The notes under the pieces are model-generated. The model did no database searches. It saw only the letters and a program-made list of their open reading frames with translations, and was not told the DNA's origin. Of a stretch of DNA of 64,000 nt, positions 54,713 through 63,973 are shown in pieces. Position 1 is the first letter of the stretch, and each line of letters begins with the position of its first letter. Origin of the DNA: Patescibacteria group bacterium (GTDB lineage Bacteria; Patescibacteriota; UBA1384; XYA2-FULL-43-10; 1-14-0-10-43-13); the NCBI GenBank assembly GCA_041671645.1, contig JBAZBD010000001.1, positions 21,561-85,560 of the forward strand, written 5' to 3'. Position numbers and translations under genes: made by a program.

Positions 54713-55889
54713 AGTTTTCTATCAGCATCGCAATGCCCTGACCACCACCAATACAAAGCGAGGCTACCCCATATTTTAATTTTCTTCTTTTGAGTTCATG
54801 GATGAGACTGACCAAGATACGAGCGCCACTTGCGCCAATTGGGTGGCCGAGGGCGATAGCTCCACCGTTTACATTAACAATTTTTTCATCTATACCAAGT
54901 AGTTTCAAGGCAGCAACACTTTGGCTGGCAAAAGCCTCGTTTAGTTCCCAAAGATCGATATCTTCAATCTTGAAATTTGCCTTCTTGAGGCAAGCAACTA
55001 CTGCATAATAAACACCCATACCCATGATCTTGGGATCCAGACCAACAGAAGCATAACTCATAATCCTAGCCATGGGCTTGATTTTCTCATTTTGAACAAA
55101 TTTTTCAGAGGCAACGAAGATAACCGCAGCTCTATCATTTAAGGATGAGGAGTTGCCTGCTGTCACGGTGCCGTCTTTGTCGAATATGGGCTTCAACTTA
55201 GCAAGCGCCTCAAACGTTGTGTCGGCACGGGGTTGCTCGTCAATTTTGAACTCCGCCATTTCTTTCTTCTGCTTCACCAGAACAGGAACAATCTCATCTG
55301 ACAGACGGTTCTCCATCATGGCCGCAAGGGCTTTCTCATGACTTCTGAACGCAAATCGATCCTGGTCTTCCCTAGAAACTTTGTATTTCTTGGCAACATT
55401 TTCAGCTGTTACCCCCATATGTTCGCCGATCAAGGAACAAAATAATCCATCAGTAATCATACTATCTTTGATCGTCTGATCTCCAAGTTTTACTCCGAAC
55501 CGATGATCATCAATTAAATATGGGCTACGGCTCATGTTTTCCATCCCACCAGCGACAATCAAGTCTGCTTCTCTGAGCTCGATCGCCTGGCTGGCCAAGG
55601 TAATGCTTTTTAACCCTGATCCACAAACCTTGTTTACTGTGTAGGCCGGAACTGATTCAGGAATTCCTGCCTTGACGCTAGCAATTCTGGCCGGATTCTG
55701 CCCCAATCCAGCAGACAAAACATTGCCAAGAATAACTTCTCCGACTTTCTTTTCAATCCCTGGATTCTCGGCAATCAAATTTTTGATAACAGCCGCAGCA
55801 AGCTCTGGTGCTGAGCTACCCTGAAGACTACCACCGAATTTTCCAACGGCTGTTCTTTTGGCTGAGACGATATACACATTTTCTTTCAT
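54705..55889 (-). CDS. Acetyl-CoA C-acetyltransferase (thiolase II)
   Basis: [12 protein letters not shown] (active-site Cys), [18 protein letters not shown] and [15 protein letters not shown]; 394 aa; GAGGAA RBS. Confidence 0.92.
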   Translation of the reverse strand: MKENVYIVSAKRTAVGKFGGSLQGSSAPELAAAVIKNLIAENPGIEKKVGEVILGNVLSAGLGQNPARIASVKAGIPESVPAYTVNKVCGSGLKSITLASQAIELREADLIVAGGMENMSRSPYLIDDHRFGVKLGDQTIKDSMITDGLFCSLIGEHMGVTAENVAKKYKVSREDQDRFAFRSHEKALAAMMENRLSDEIVPVLVKQKKEMAEFKIDEQPRADTTFEALAKLKPIFDKDGTVTAGNSSSLNDRAAVIFVASEKFVQNEKIKPMARIMSYASVGLDPKIMGMGVYYAVVACLKKANFKIEDIDLWELNEAFASQSVAALKLLGIDEKIVNVNGGAIALGHPIGASGARILVSLIHELKRRKLKYGVASLCIGGGQGIAMLIENYE

Positions 55890-55910
55890 AACATATTCCT
55901 CGGCTCCTAG

Positions 55911-57062
55911 TCAGCTGACCAGTATTTTTATTTTTTGGATAACAAAGTTTACTTCAACATCGGTCATTTTTGGATACAATGGTAAGCTCAAACACTGCTC
56001 GTAATACGCTTCTGCAACAGGATAATCCCCAACCTTATACCCGTATGTGTCTTGATAATAAGGCTGCAAGTGAGCAGGAATATAATGAACCTGCGAGCCA
56101 ACATTGTTTTTCCTTAATTCTTCCATCACCTCTTTGCGCGTCTTACCAATTTTAGCAAAATCAATTTTTAATACGTAAAGATGAAATGCAGAGCCGACGC
56201 CTGGCTTTTCATAAGGGGTAACGACATTTGGAAGTTTAGCGAACGCTTTATTGTATTTATCAACGATTTCCCGACGGCGTGCAGCAAATTTGTCAAGTTT
56301 CCTAAGCTGACTCAAACCAAGCGCAGCTTGTATGTCAGTAATACGATAATTGAAGCCAAGATCTTGCATTTCATAGTACCAAGGACCGGGATTTTGGCTT
56401 AATATTGCTGGATCTTTGGTGATACCATGAGATCGAAGCAGGAGCAACTGTTTGTATATTTTTTCATCATTTGTAGTGATAGCCCCGCCCTCTCCAGTAG
56501 TAATCGTCTTAACCGGATGGAACGAGAAGGTCGTCAGATCGGAATATTTGTTTGACCCAACCTTACTGCCATCAGCAAACGAAGATCCGATAGAGTGAGC
56601 GGCGTCCTCAATTACATAAATGCCTTTACTCTTCGCAAAATCGTATATTTCCTCCAAGTCGGCGACCTGGCCAGCAAAATCGACGGCCACAATTACCTTG
56701 GTTTTGTCGGTCACTCTCTTCTTGATTTCCACTAGGTCAATATTGCAGGTGTCCTCCCTGATATCCGCGAAAGCAGGGGTTAGCCCGCAATAAGCAAGGC
56801 AGTTGGCTGAAGCAACAAATGTATTGGGTGTGGTGATCCCCTCACCGTTCCCTAAATTTAATGCTAAAACGGCCAAATGGAGGGCGGCCGTGCCGTTGGA
56901 GACGGCGACACAATGTTTTGCGCCAGTATATTTGCAAATTGCCTGCTCAAACTCCTCTATTTTTGGACCTTGTGTCAAGAAGTCGCTTTTGAGCGTTTGG
57001 ACAACTTCAGCGATATCGTCGTCATCAAGCCACTGCTTGCCATATGCAATAAAACTATTCAT
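55911..57062 (-). CDS. pseC: UDP-4-amino-4,6-dideoxy-N-acetyl-beta-L-altrosamine transaminase-like (DegT family)
   Basis: The N-terminus IAYGKQWLDDDDIAEV is typical of PseC. It also has HCVAVSNGTAALHLA and FSFHPVKTITTGEGG (catalytic Lys). The ATG at 57062 lies one base after the pseB TAA. Confidence 0.85.
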   Translation of the reverse strand: MNSFIAYGKQWLDDDDIAEVVQTLKSDFLTQGPKIEEFEQAICKYTGAKHCVAVSNGTAALHLAVLALNLGNGEGITTPNTFVASANCLAYCGLTPAFADIREDTCNIDLVEIKKRVTDKTKVIVAVDFAGQVADLEEIYDFAKSKGIYVIEDAAHSIGSSFADGSKVGSNKYSDLTTFSFHPVKTITTGEGGAITTNDEKIYKQLLLLRSHGITKDPAILSQNPGPWYYEMQDLGFNYRITDIQAALGLSQLRKLDKFAARRREIVDKYNKAFAKLPNVVTPYEKPGVGSAFHLYVLKIDFAKIGKTRKEVMEELRKNNVGSQVHYIPAHLQPYYQDTYGYKVGDYPVAEAYYEQCLSLPLYPKMTDVEVNFVIQKIKILVS

Positions 57063-57063
57063 T

Positions 57064-58062
57064 TTAATACACAATCTCTATTGATTTCAAAAATTCTGTA
57101 ATGCCTTTTTGATCCAACCACTCATCGTTTAAATCTGAGGAATAGCGGAATCCCTCCATCACTTTCTTGCTCCCTGGTTTGCAATGAATTTTTGGGTTCC
57201 ACCAATCAAAATCTGGATAGATAATGTAGTGATCGCCGTAGTCATGGGTTAATCTGGAGTCTTCCTCAGTGATCATGACTTCATGAAGTTTCTCCCCTTC
57301 CCTGATGCCAATTTCTTTAAGCTTGACCTCTTTGTGCATCGCTTTGGCCAAATCAGTAATTTTGACAGACGGGATCTTGGACACATAAATCTCGCCGCCT
57401 TTGGCTTCTTTGATCGCCTTAAATACAAGATCGACGCCTTGATTGAGAGTTATTAAAAATCGGGTCATACGGAAATCAGTGATCGGAATTATTCTTTGGC
57501 CAGAATCTAACAACTGTTTGAAGAAAGGTATGACTGAGCCGCGGCTACCGGCAACGTTGCCATATCGGACTACAGAAAAAACTGGGCCCTTGCCCCCAGA
57601 GTAAGCGTTGGCGGAAACAAACAATCTATCAGAGACTAACTTGGTGGCCCCATAAAGGTTGACTGGATTGACAGCTTTATCGGTAGAAAGAGCAACTACT
57701 TTCTCGACCCCGCAGTCCAAAGCCGCATCGATTACATTCTCTGCGCCGTGAATATTGGTTTTGATGGCCTCCATCGGGTTGTATTCGGCTATCGGCACAT
57801 GCTTCATAGCGGCCGCATGGATCACAATATCTACTCCATTGAGGGCCCTCTTCAGACGATCTTTGTCACGGACATCTCCGATAAAGTAACGCAGCTGACT
57901 GTCATATTCGGCGAACTGTCGGCGCATCATGTATTGCTTATACTCGTCACGAGAATAAATGATGATCTTTTTTGGTTTATATTCAGACAAAATCCGCTTA
58001 GTAAATTGCTTACCAAATGAGCCGGTCCCACCCGTGATTAGAATTGTTTTATTATTTAGCAT
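57064..58062 (-). CDS. pseB: UDP-N-acetylglucosamine 4,6-dehydratase (inverting), PseB/FlaA1-like
   Basis: Near-collinear with H. pylori FlaA1 as I recall it: NKTILITGGTGSFGK, FIGDVRD, HAAAMKHVPIAEYNP, STDKAVNPVNLYGATK, VRYGNVAGSRGSVIPFF, GIREGEKLHE. Confidence 0.92.
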   Translation of the reverse strand: MLNNKTILITGGTGSFGKQFTKRILSEYKPKKIIIYSRDEYKQYMMRRQFAEYDSQLRYFIGDVRDKDRLKRALNGVDIVIHAAAMKHVPIAEYNPMEAIKTNIHGAENVIDAALDCGVEKVVALSTDKAVNPVNLYGATKLVSDRLFVSANAYSGGKGPVFSVVRYGNVAGSRGSVIPFFKQLLDSGQRIIPITDFRMTRFLITLNQGVDLVFKAIKEAKGGEIYVSKIPSVKITDLAKAMHKEVKLKEIGIREGEKLHEVMITEEDSRLTHDYGDHYIIYPDFDWWNPKIHCKPGSKKVMEGFRYSSDLNDEWLDQKGITEFLKSIEIVY

Positions 58063-58110
58063 ATCCGTACCTCTTAATAATCAAGTAGAAAAATTTGTAA
58101 TTGTCTCGAC

Positions 58111-59403
58111 TCACTCGCTCATTACTTTCTTTATATAGAAACGCTGAATCGCTATCGTGATACAATAGTTTGCTATCAGAGTCCCAATCACTAAAGACAC
58201 GGAGAAGAAGCTAAACCTCACAGCCACTATATAGAGGCAAATCGCTAAGAAATTTACTCCATATGTAGTTAACAGACATTTCCTATAATATTGTTCCGAA
58301 AAATCAAGAATGATTGTAGCATATATCGATTGGAACAGAAAGACAACTGAGAGCACGGAGAAGCCAATAACATAAAATAAACTGACCGGGTATTGCCGCC
58401 CAAATATTGATAACATTATTAGAGTCAAGCAAGATGCAAGAACAAACAGCGGCAGGAACCCAATACAAAAGATTTTATCAATTTTTTTAATAAATGCTTT
58501 GTCTTTTACCCGAACTGTAGCAGGGAAAAATACGTTGTTAAACAATTGCCCAGCTTGTGCGATCAAGGTAAAAGAAGAAAAATAATAGGCACTGTATATG
58601 CCAAACGCTGTGAATCCAAGATATTTCGCAATTATTATTTTGTCAGCGGATAAGAAAATCGTGCCAAGCAGCGCGCTTATGAGAAACCATTTCCCCTCCC
58701 TCAAAACAGCCAATGAATCAGTAAAGTTACTTTTGCCAAAATATCTTTTAAGATAGGATAGATAATAAATCGATATTGCTATAGCCCCAGCGACTAGAAC
58801 TGAAACGAATCCCGCAAATGTGTGATCTTTTAGGACAAAAAACACCGCGATAAATAGAACGGCAACGATAATCACCTCGAATATCTTAGCCTTAGCCTGA
58901 ACTTTGAACTCCTCCAGCCCTCTAATGGACGAATCAAATAAAGTTTTAGCTGAGAAAACAATTGTGTAGCATATGAGCATCAGAAAAAAGGATTTTCCTC
59001 CAGACATTATCCGGCTCACAAAAGGATAAACTATTGGCGAGAGGACCACCAACCCGACTAGCACCAGAAAAACAATGTTGCTTATTGATGAGATAACCCG
59101 TTTTCTAGCTTTAACGGAAGGGTCTCTCGCGATGCTTCTGATAAGTACTGTATCCAGACCCAAAAAAATGAAAATAATTAAATACTGATTTGCAACCAGC
59201 ATGAGATTGTATTTTCCATACTCGATCGGTCCCATGAAGCGCCCAGCCAGGGTGGTAATCAGCATGAGAATTGGTAAGGCTCCGATGCCAGACAAAAAGG
59301 ACCACGATAGGCGAGTTAAGAATGACCGCATCTCATCCCCCATCTCATGACCGAAGACCTTGAGGTGGACTTTTTCGACAAATTGTACTAATCTTTTTTT
59401 CAT
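58111..59403 (-). CDS. Wzx-like polysaccharide flippase (MOP superfamily)
   Basis: 430 aa with about 12 TM segments and an N-terminal pattern (GALPILMLITTLAGRFMGPIEYGKY) typical of Wzx proteins. First gene of the minus-strand operon. Confidence 0.65.
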   Translation of the reverse strand: MKKRLVQFVEKVHLKVFGHEMGDEMRSFLTRLSWSFLSGIGALPILMLITTLAGRFMGPIEYGKYNLMLVANQYLIIFIFLGLDTVLIRSIARDPSVKARKRVISSISNIVFLVLVGLVVLSPIVYPFVSRIMSGGKSFFLMLICYTIVFSAKTLFDSSIRGLEEFKVQAKAKIFEVIIVAVLFIAVFFVLKDHTFAGFVSVLVAGAIAISIYYLSYLKRYFGKSNFTDSLAVLREGKWFLISALLGTIFLSADKIIIAKYLGFTAFGIYSAYYFSSFTLIAQAGQLFNNVFFPATVRVKDKAFIKKIDKIFCIGFLPLFVLASCLTLIMLSIFGRQYPVSLFYVIGFSVLSVVFLFQSIYATIILDFSEQYYRKCLLTTYGVNFLAICLYIVAVRFSFFSVSLVIGTLIANYCITIAIQRFYIKKVMSE

Positions 59404-59431
59404 AATTCTTGTCCGATCATATCAGGAATGA

Positions 59432-59460
59432 TTGCTCTTATAAACCCTTGATGATAATAT
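59432..59460 (+). promoter_or_regulatory. Candidate rfb operon promoter (TTGCTC-17-TAATAT)
   Basis: TTGCTC at 59432-37, a 17-nt spacer and TAATAT at 59455-60, 28 nt before the rfbA ATG, which has an AAGGAG RBS. Pattern match only. Confidence 0.35.
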
Positions 59461-59488
59461 TTGAGTCAGATAAATAAAAGGAGTCCAT

Positions 59489-60379
59489 ATGAAAGGTATA
59501 ATTTTAGCAGGTGGGAGTGGGACGAGACTTTATCCGTTGACCATGGCGATGAGCAAGCAGATGTTGCCGATCTATGACAAGCCGATGATCTTCTACCCAC
59601 TATCAATCCTGATGTTGGCTGGGATCAAGGATGTTTTGATAATTTCAACACCGCACGATCTGCCAAATTTCAAGAAATTGTTGGGGGACGGATCGGATTA
59701 CGGAATCAAATTGAGCTACGAAGAGCAGCCTTCTCCCGACGGCCTGGCTCAGGCTTTCATCATCGGTGAGAAGTTTATTGGTAGCGACGACGTCGCGATG
59801 GTCCTGGGAGACAATATTTTCTTTGGCAACGGGCTGACCGAGATGTTGAGAGACGCCGCCAGCAACAAAAGCGGAGCGACTGTCTTTGGCTATTATGTCA
59901 ATGACCCGGAGCGATTCGGCGTTGTCGAGTTCGACGAGAACAATAGAGCGATCTCGCTGGTCGAGAAACCAACCGAGCCCAAGTCCAACTACGCCGTGAC
60001 CGGCCTCTATTTCTATGACAACCGCGTCGTCGAATTCGCCAAGAATTTGAAACCGAGTGATCGAGGCGAGTTGGAAATCACCGATTTGAACAAGGTATAT
60101 TTGGAAAAGGGTGATCTCAACGTCAAATTGCTCGGCCGAGGATTTGCCTGGCTCGACACTGGAACGGTGGATTCGATGTCGCAAGCCAGCGAATTTATCC
60201 GCATTGTTGAAGAGCGCCAGAATATCAAAGTTGCCGCACTCGAAGAAATTGCCTTCAACCAGGGTTGGATTTCGAAGGATCAATTGCTCGTATCAGCAAA
60301 TAGGTATGGTAAGTCTCCATATGGCCAATATTTAAAGAAGGTGGCTGAGGGCAAAATTAAAATCCTGGAGTCGCTATGA
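59489..60379 (+). CDS. rfbA: Glucose-1-phosphate thymidylyltransferase
   Basis: [36 protein letters not shown]..., LGDNIF, the ERFGVVEFD motif and EITD. Confidence 0.95.
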   Translation: MKGIILAGGSGTRLYPLTMAMSKQMLPIYDKPMIFYPLSILMLAGIKDVLIISTPHDLPNFKKLLGDGSDYGIKLSYEEQPSPDGLAQAFIIGEKFIGSDDVAMVLGDNIFFGNGLTEMLRDAASNKSGATVFGYYVNDPERFGVVEFDENNRAISLVEKPTEPKSNYAVTGLYFYDNRVVEFAKNLKPSDRGELEITDLNKVYLEKGDLNVKLLGRGFAWLDTGTVDSMSQASEFIRIVEERQNIKVAALEEIAFNQGWISKDQLLVSANRYGKSPYGQYLKKVAEGKIKILESL

Positions 60380-60939
60380 ACGTGACCGAAACAGATATTC
60401 CCGGAGTCCTAATCCTCGAGCCCAAGGCTTTTGGTGACGATCGTGGCTGGTTTATGGAGACTTACAGTAAATCTAAGTTTGAGGAGGCCGGGATCAAGGG
60501 TGAATTTGTTCAGGACAACCATAGTTTTAGTGCACAAAAAGGCACTCTTCGCGGAATTCATTTCCAGAAGAATCCGATGGCACAAGCCAAAATAGTCCGC
60601 TGTACCAGAGGAGCCGTCCTAGACGTTGCGGTTGATCTGAGGAAAGACTCGCCCACATTCAAGCAATGGGTTTCTGTCGAGCTCACGGCCGAAAACAAGA
60701 AAATGTTTTACATTCCCAGAGGCTTTGGCCATGGTTTCCTCACACTCGAAGAGAATACAGAATTTCAGTACAAGGTAGATAATTACTATTCGCCAGAAAA
60801 TGATAGGAGCATCCGTTTCGACGACCCAGAAATCTCTATCGACTGGCAAGTGGCAGAGCCGATCGTGTCAGAAAAGGATCGACAAGCTCCTCTGCTCAAA
60901 GATAGCGACGTTGATTTTGCATATCAGGAAAATCAATAA
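60376..60939 (+). CDS. rfbC: dTDP-4-dehydrorhamnose 3,5-epimerase
   Basis: [50 protein letters not shown] and PRGFGHGF; ATGA overlap with rfbA. Confidence 0.93.
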   Translation: MNVTETDIPGVLILEPKAFGDDRGWFMETYSKSKFEEAGIKGEFVQDNHSFSAQKGTLRGIHFQKNPMAQAKIVRCTRGAVLDVAVDLRKDSPTFKQWVSVELTAENKKMFYIPRGFGHGFLTLEENTEFQYKVDNYYSPENDRSIRFDDPEISIDWQVAEPIVSEKDRQAPLLKDSDVDFAYQENQ

Positions 60940-61478
60940 TGGCTGGCTGGAAAAAAGTTGATAGCAAAACCGCCTTTGAGTGTCCTTATTACTCGATTTC
61001 TGAGGATAATGTGATCCGTCCAGACGGCGCACCAGGCAAATACTTCCATGTCGTGACCAAAGGCTCGGTTTCTATCATCGCAGAAGACACGGACGAGAAG
61101 ATTTATATGGTCAGCCAGCATCGCTACACGGCAGACAATGAATTGTCCACTGAAGTAGTAGCTGGCGGTATCGAGAAAAATGAAGATCCTTTGTCAGCAG
61201 CCAAGCGAGAGCTTGTGGAGGAAGCTGGAATCGCTGCTAAAGAGTGGATATATTTGGGGAACTTTCGGCCATTCAATGGTATTTCCTCCGAGATTGATTA
61301 CGTCTACTTGGCCCGAGATTTGACCCAAGGGCTTAGTAATCCTGATTCGACTGAAGATATTACGCTATCGAAAAAAAGTCTGGCCGAGGTAAAAGAATTG
61401 ATATTGAAAAATGAGATCACTGATGGCCAAGCCATCGCCGCATTGATGAAATATATTATATATAAGGAGAATGTATGA
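60939..61478 (+). CDS. NUDIX hydrolase (nucleotide-sugar/ADP-ribose pyrophosphatase-like)
   Basis: The Nudix box GGIEKNEDPLSAAKRELVEEAGI fits GX5EX7REUXEEXGU. Translationally coupled between rfbC and rfbB. Confidence 0.75.
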   Translation: MAGWKKVDSKTAFECPYYSISEDNVIRPDGAPGKYFHVVTKGSVSIIAEDTDEKIYMVSQHRYTADNELSTEVVAGGIEKNEDPLSAAKRELVEEAGIAAKEWIYLGNFRPFNGISSEIDYVYLARDLTQGLSNPDSTEDITLSKKSLAEVKELILKNEITDGQAIAALMKYIIYKENV

Positions 61479-62500
61479 AAATTTTGGTAACTGGGGGCGC
61501 TGGATTTATTGGTTCAAACTTTATTCTCTACATGATGAGCAAGTATCCCGACTACGAAATAGTTAACTTGGATAATCTGACCTACGCAGGAAATCTAGAA
61601 ACTCTTGCCAGTGTCGAGAACAATCCAAATTATACTTTTGTCCATGGTGACATTTGCGATCGCGAAACGGTCGTCAAGGCGATGGCTGGCTGTGATATTG
61701 TCGTCCATTTCGCCGCAGAATCCCATGTCGATCGTTCGATCACTGGGCCAGCGATTTTCGTCAAGACAAATGTTGTCGGGACTCAAGTCTTGCTCGATGT
61801 TGCCAAGGACAACAATATCAAGCGATTCCATCACGTCTCGACCGATGAAGTCTTCGGTGCCCTCGACTTGGACAAGCCAGAAGAGAGATTTTCCGAATCA
61901 ACTCCATATTGTCCGCACTCCCCATATTCTGCTTCCAAGGCCGGTAGCGACCACCTAGTTCGTGCTTATCATGATACTTATGGACTTGATGTGACTATCT
62001 CCAACTGCACCAACAATTATGGCCCGTATCAATTTCCAGAGAAGGTTATTCCCCTCTTCATCACCAACGCCCTTCAAGACAAGGCCCTCCCGATCTATGG
62101 CAAAGGCCTGGCTATCAGAGATTATATCTATGTCACCGACCACTGCGCTGGCATCGATCTGATCGTTCACAATGGAAAAGCCGGCGAGACCTACTGCCTC
62201 GGCGGTCATGCTGAGAAAAATGGCCTGGAAGTAGCTGACACAATATTGAGAACAGTCGGCAAGCCAGAGACACTCAAGACTCACGTCGAGGATCGCAAGG
62301 GTCATGATATGAGATATGCCATTGACGACACCAAAATCCGCAACGAGCTTGGCTACAAGCCTTCCGTAACTTTTGACGAGGGCATCCAGAAAACTATTGA
62401 TTGGTATAAGGAAAACAAAACTTGGTGGGAACGGATCATCTCCAAGGAATATCTCGACACCAATAGAGAGCAATTAAACAATTCAAAGGTTGGGGAATAA
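61475..62500 (+). CDS. rfbB: dTDP-glucose 4,6-dehydratase
   Basis: MKILVTGGAGFIGSNF, HFAAESHVDRS, STDEVFG and YSASKAGSDHLVRAY. Confidence 0.95.
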   Translation: MKILVTGGAGFIGSNFILYMMSKYPDYEIVNLDNLTYAGNLETLASVENNPNYTFVHGDICDRETVVKAMAGCDIVVHFAAESHVDRSITGPAIFVKTNVVGTQVLLDVAKDNNIKRFHHVSTDEVFGALDLDKPEERFSESTPYCPHSPYSASKAGSDHLVRAYHDTYGLDVTISNCTNNYGPYQFPEKVIPLFITNALQDKALPIYGKGLAIRDYIYVTDHCAGIDLIVHNGKAGETYCLGGHAEKNGLEVADTILRTVGKPETLKTHVEDRKGHDMRYAIDDTKIRNELGYKPSVTFDEGIQKTIDWYKENKTWWERIISKEYLDTNREQLNNSKVGE

Positions 62501-63354
62501 TGAAAATATTAGTCACTGGCGCCAAAGGACAACTTGGCAAGAAAATCATCGATTTACTAAGCGATAAATACGAATTGGTATTGACCGACTCGGCAGAAAT
62601 GGATATCACAGACAAGGCGAAAGTCCTCGAAGTTGTTGGCGCGGAAAAGCCAGATTTCATCTTGCACGCCGCCGCTTACACTCAGGTAGACAAGGCCGAG
62701 GAAACGGAAGAGATTTGCCGCAAAGTGAATTCACTGGGCTCGGAAAATATTGCAAAAGCAGGTAAAGAATTTGGCTCGACCGTGATTTACATCTCGACTG
62801 ATTATGTCTTTGACGGCAAGAAAGATTCGCCTTATACCGAAGAAGACGCAACCAATCCTCTCTCAGTATATGGGAAGACGAAACTCGAGGGCGAAGAAGC
62901 CGTTAAAAATAATTGTGATAAATACTATATTATCCGCTCCGCTTGGATCTTTGGCGAATTGCCAGAGGGCCATCCAGGAACCAATTTCGTCGAGACGATG
63001 CTCAGACTTGCCAAAGATCGAGATGAATTAAGCATCGTCAGCGATCAGATCGGCTCGCCTACTTACACTGGCGATTTGGTCGAGGCAATTGAGAAAATAA
63101 TCGAAATCAAACCCGCCTACGGCGTTTATCTCTTTTCTGGCGCTGGTGCCGCTTCATGGTACGACTTCGCAGTTGAGATTTTCAAGCAAACCAATACCAA
63201 AATTGAGGTCAAGCCGATCACAAGCGACCAATATCCCCAAAAAGCGACGAGACCAGCCTATTCATACATGGATAAAACTAAAGTCGAGACAGCACTCTCT
63301 TCCAAAGTTCGGCCATGGCAAGAAATGTTGGCTGACTATCTCAAAAGAAGATAA
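62500..63354 (+). CDS. rfbD: dTDP-4-dehydrorhamnose reductase
   Basis: MKILVTGAKGQLG, HAAAYTQVDKAE, STDYVFDG, YGKTKLEGE and GSPTYTGDL. Confidence 0.9.
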   Translation: MKILVTGAKGQLGKKIIDLLSDKYELVLTDSAEMDITDKAKVLEVVGAEKPDFILHAAAYTQVDKAEETEEICRKVNSLGSENIAKAGKEFGSTVIYISTDYVFDGKKDSPYTEEDATNPLSVYGKTKLEGEEAVKNNCDKYYIIRSAWIFGELPEGHPGTNFVETMLRLAKDRDELSIVSDQIGSPTYTGDLVEAIEKIIEIKPAYGVYLFSGAGAASWYDFAVEIFKQTNTKIEVKPITSDQYPQKATRPAYSYMDKTKVETALSSKVRPWQEMLADYLKRR

Positions 63355-63364
63355 TTGTTTACAC

Positions 63365-63398
63365 TAAAAAAGAGGCCCATCGTGAGCCTCTTTTTTTA
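63365..63398. terminator. Bidirectional intrinsic terminator between rfbD (+) and gtrA-like (-)
   Basis: The agaggc/gcctct stem (63371-76/63386-91) is flanked by A6 and T7 runs. Confidence 0.65.
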
Positions 63399-63407
63399 TA
63401 GATATTC

Positions 63408-63848
63408 CTATCTCTTGTATGTCCAGAGCTTGTTGATGAAGAAATTCCAGATGATCGCTGAGCCAGAGGCGAAGACAAGTGGCATGATATCGTGTTTACC
63501 CATCAGGACAGGATTGTAGGAGCCAAGAGTCGCTCTGAATACTAGCCAATTGATGCCCCAGCCGATCAGGCTGACAACAAAGAATTTGACCAGGATCATG
63601 CTTTTGGCGTTAGCTTCGCCCGATTGAGCAATTTTTTGATATTCCTTCTTGAAGGTCCAAATCGTGTTGAAAAGGTATGAATTGGCGACCGCGACCAGGA
63701 ATGAAATCGCCTTGGCGATGCTCTTGTCCCCCTCTAGCACCGAAGCCGTCAAAAGATAGTAGACAACCCAGTCGACACCGGTGTTGACGACGCCAACTAC
63801 ACCAAACTTTATAAATTGAACGAGATTCTCATTTTTCGATTTATTCAT
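63408..63848 (-). CDS. GtrA-family membrane protein
   Basis: 146 aa with 4 TM segments. N-terminal FIKFGVVGVVNTGVDWVVYYLL and C-terminal NFFINKLWTYK are typical of GtrA-like proteins. Confidence 0.75.
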   Translation of the reverse strand: MNKSKNENLVQFIKFGVVGVVNTGVDWVVYYLLTASVLEGDKSIAKAISFLVAVANSYLFNTIWTFKKEYQKIAQSGEANAKSMILVKFFVVSLIGWGINWLVFRATLGSYNPVLMGKHDIMPLVFASGSAIIWNFFINKLWTYKR

Positions 63849-63901
63849 TTTTCGATTCTCATTAATTTTCTGCTCTTTCCAATTATACTCGAATTACGGA
63901 A

Positions 63902-63931
63902 TTGTGAAAATAAATATTAAAATGCTAGAAT
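63902..63931 (+). promoter_or_regulatory. Candidate promoter (TTGTGA-18-TAGAAT)
   Basis: TTGTGA at 63902-07, an 18-nt spacer and TAGAAT at 63926-31, upstream of the partial ORF at 63974. Pattern match only. Confidence 0.3.
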
Positions 63932-63973
63932 GGAATAAATAGAAAGATTGTAAAATAATTCACTGGAGGTGCC

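Noticed and set aside
59645-60283. A 212-aa ORF antisense to rfbA, plus similar long antisense or shadow ORFs at 16122-16499, 24162-24602, 25135-25536, 35885-36379, 40333-40762 and 61955-62473.
   Set aside because: Each lies entirely inside a confidently identified gene on the other strand. They have no RBS and translate to low-complexity or Arg/Ser/Pro-rich sequence, so they are typical frame shadows.
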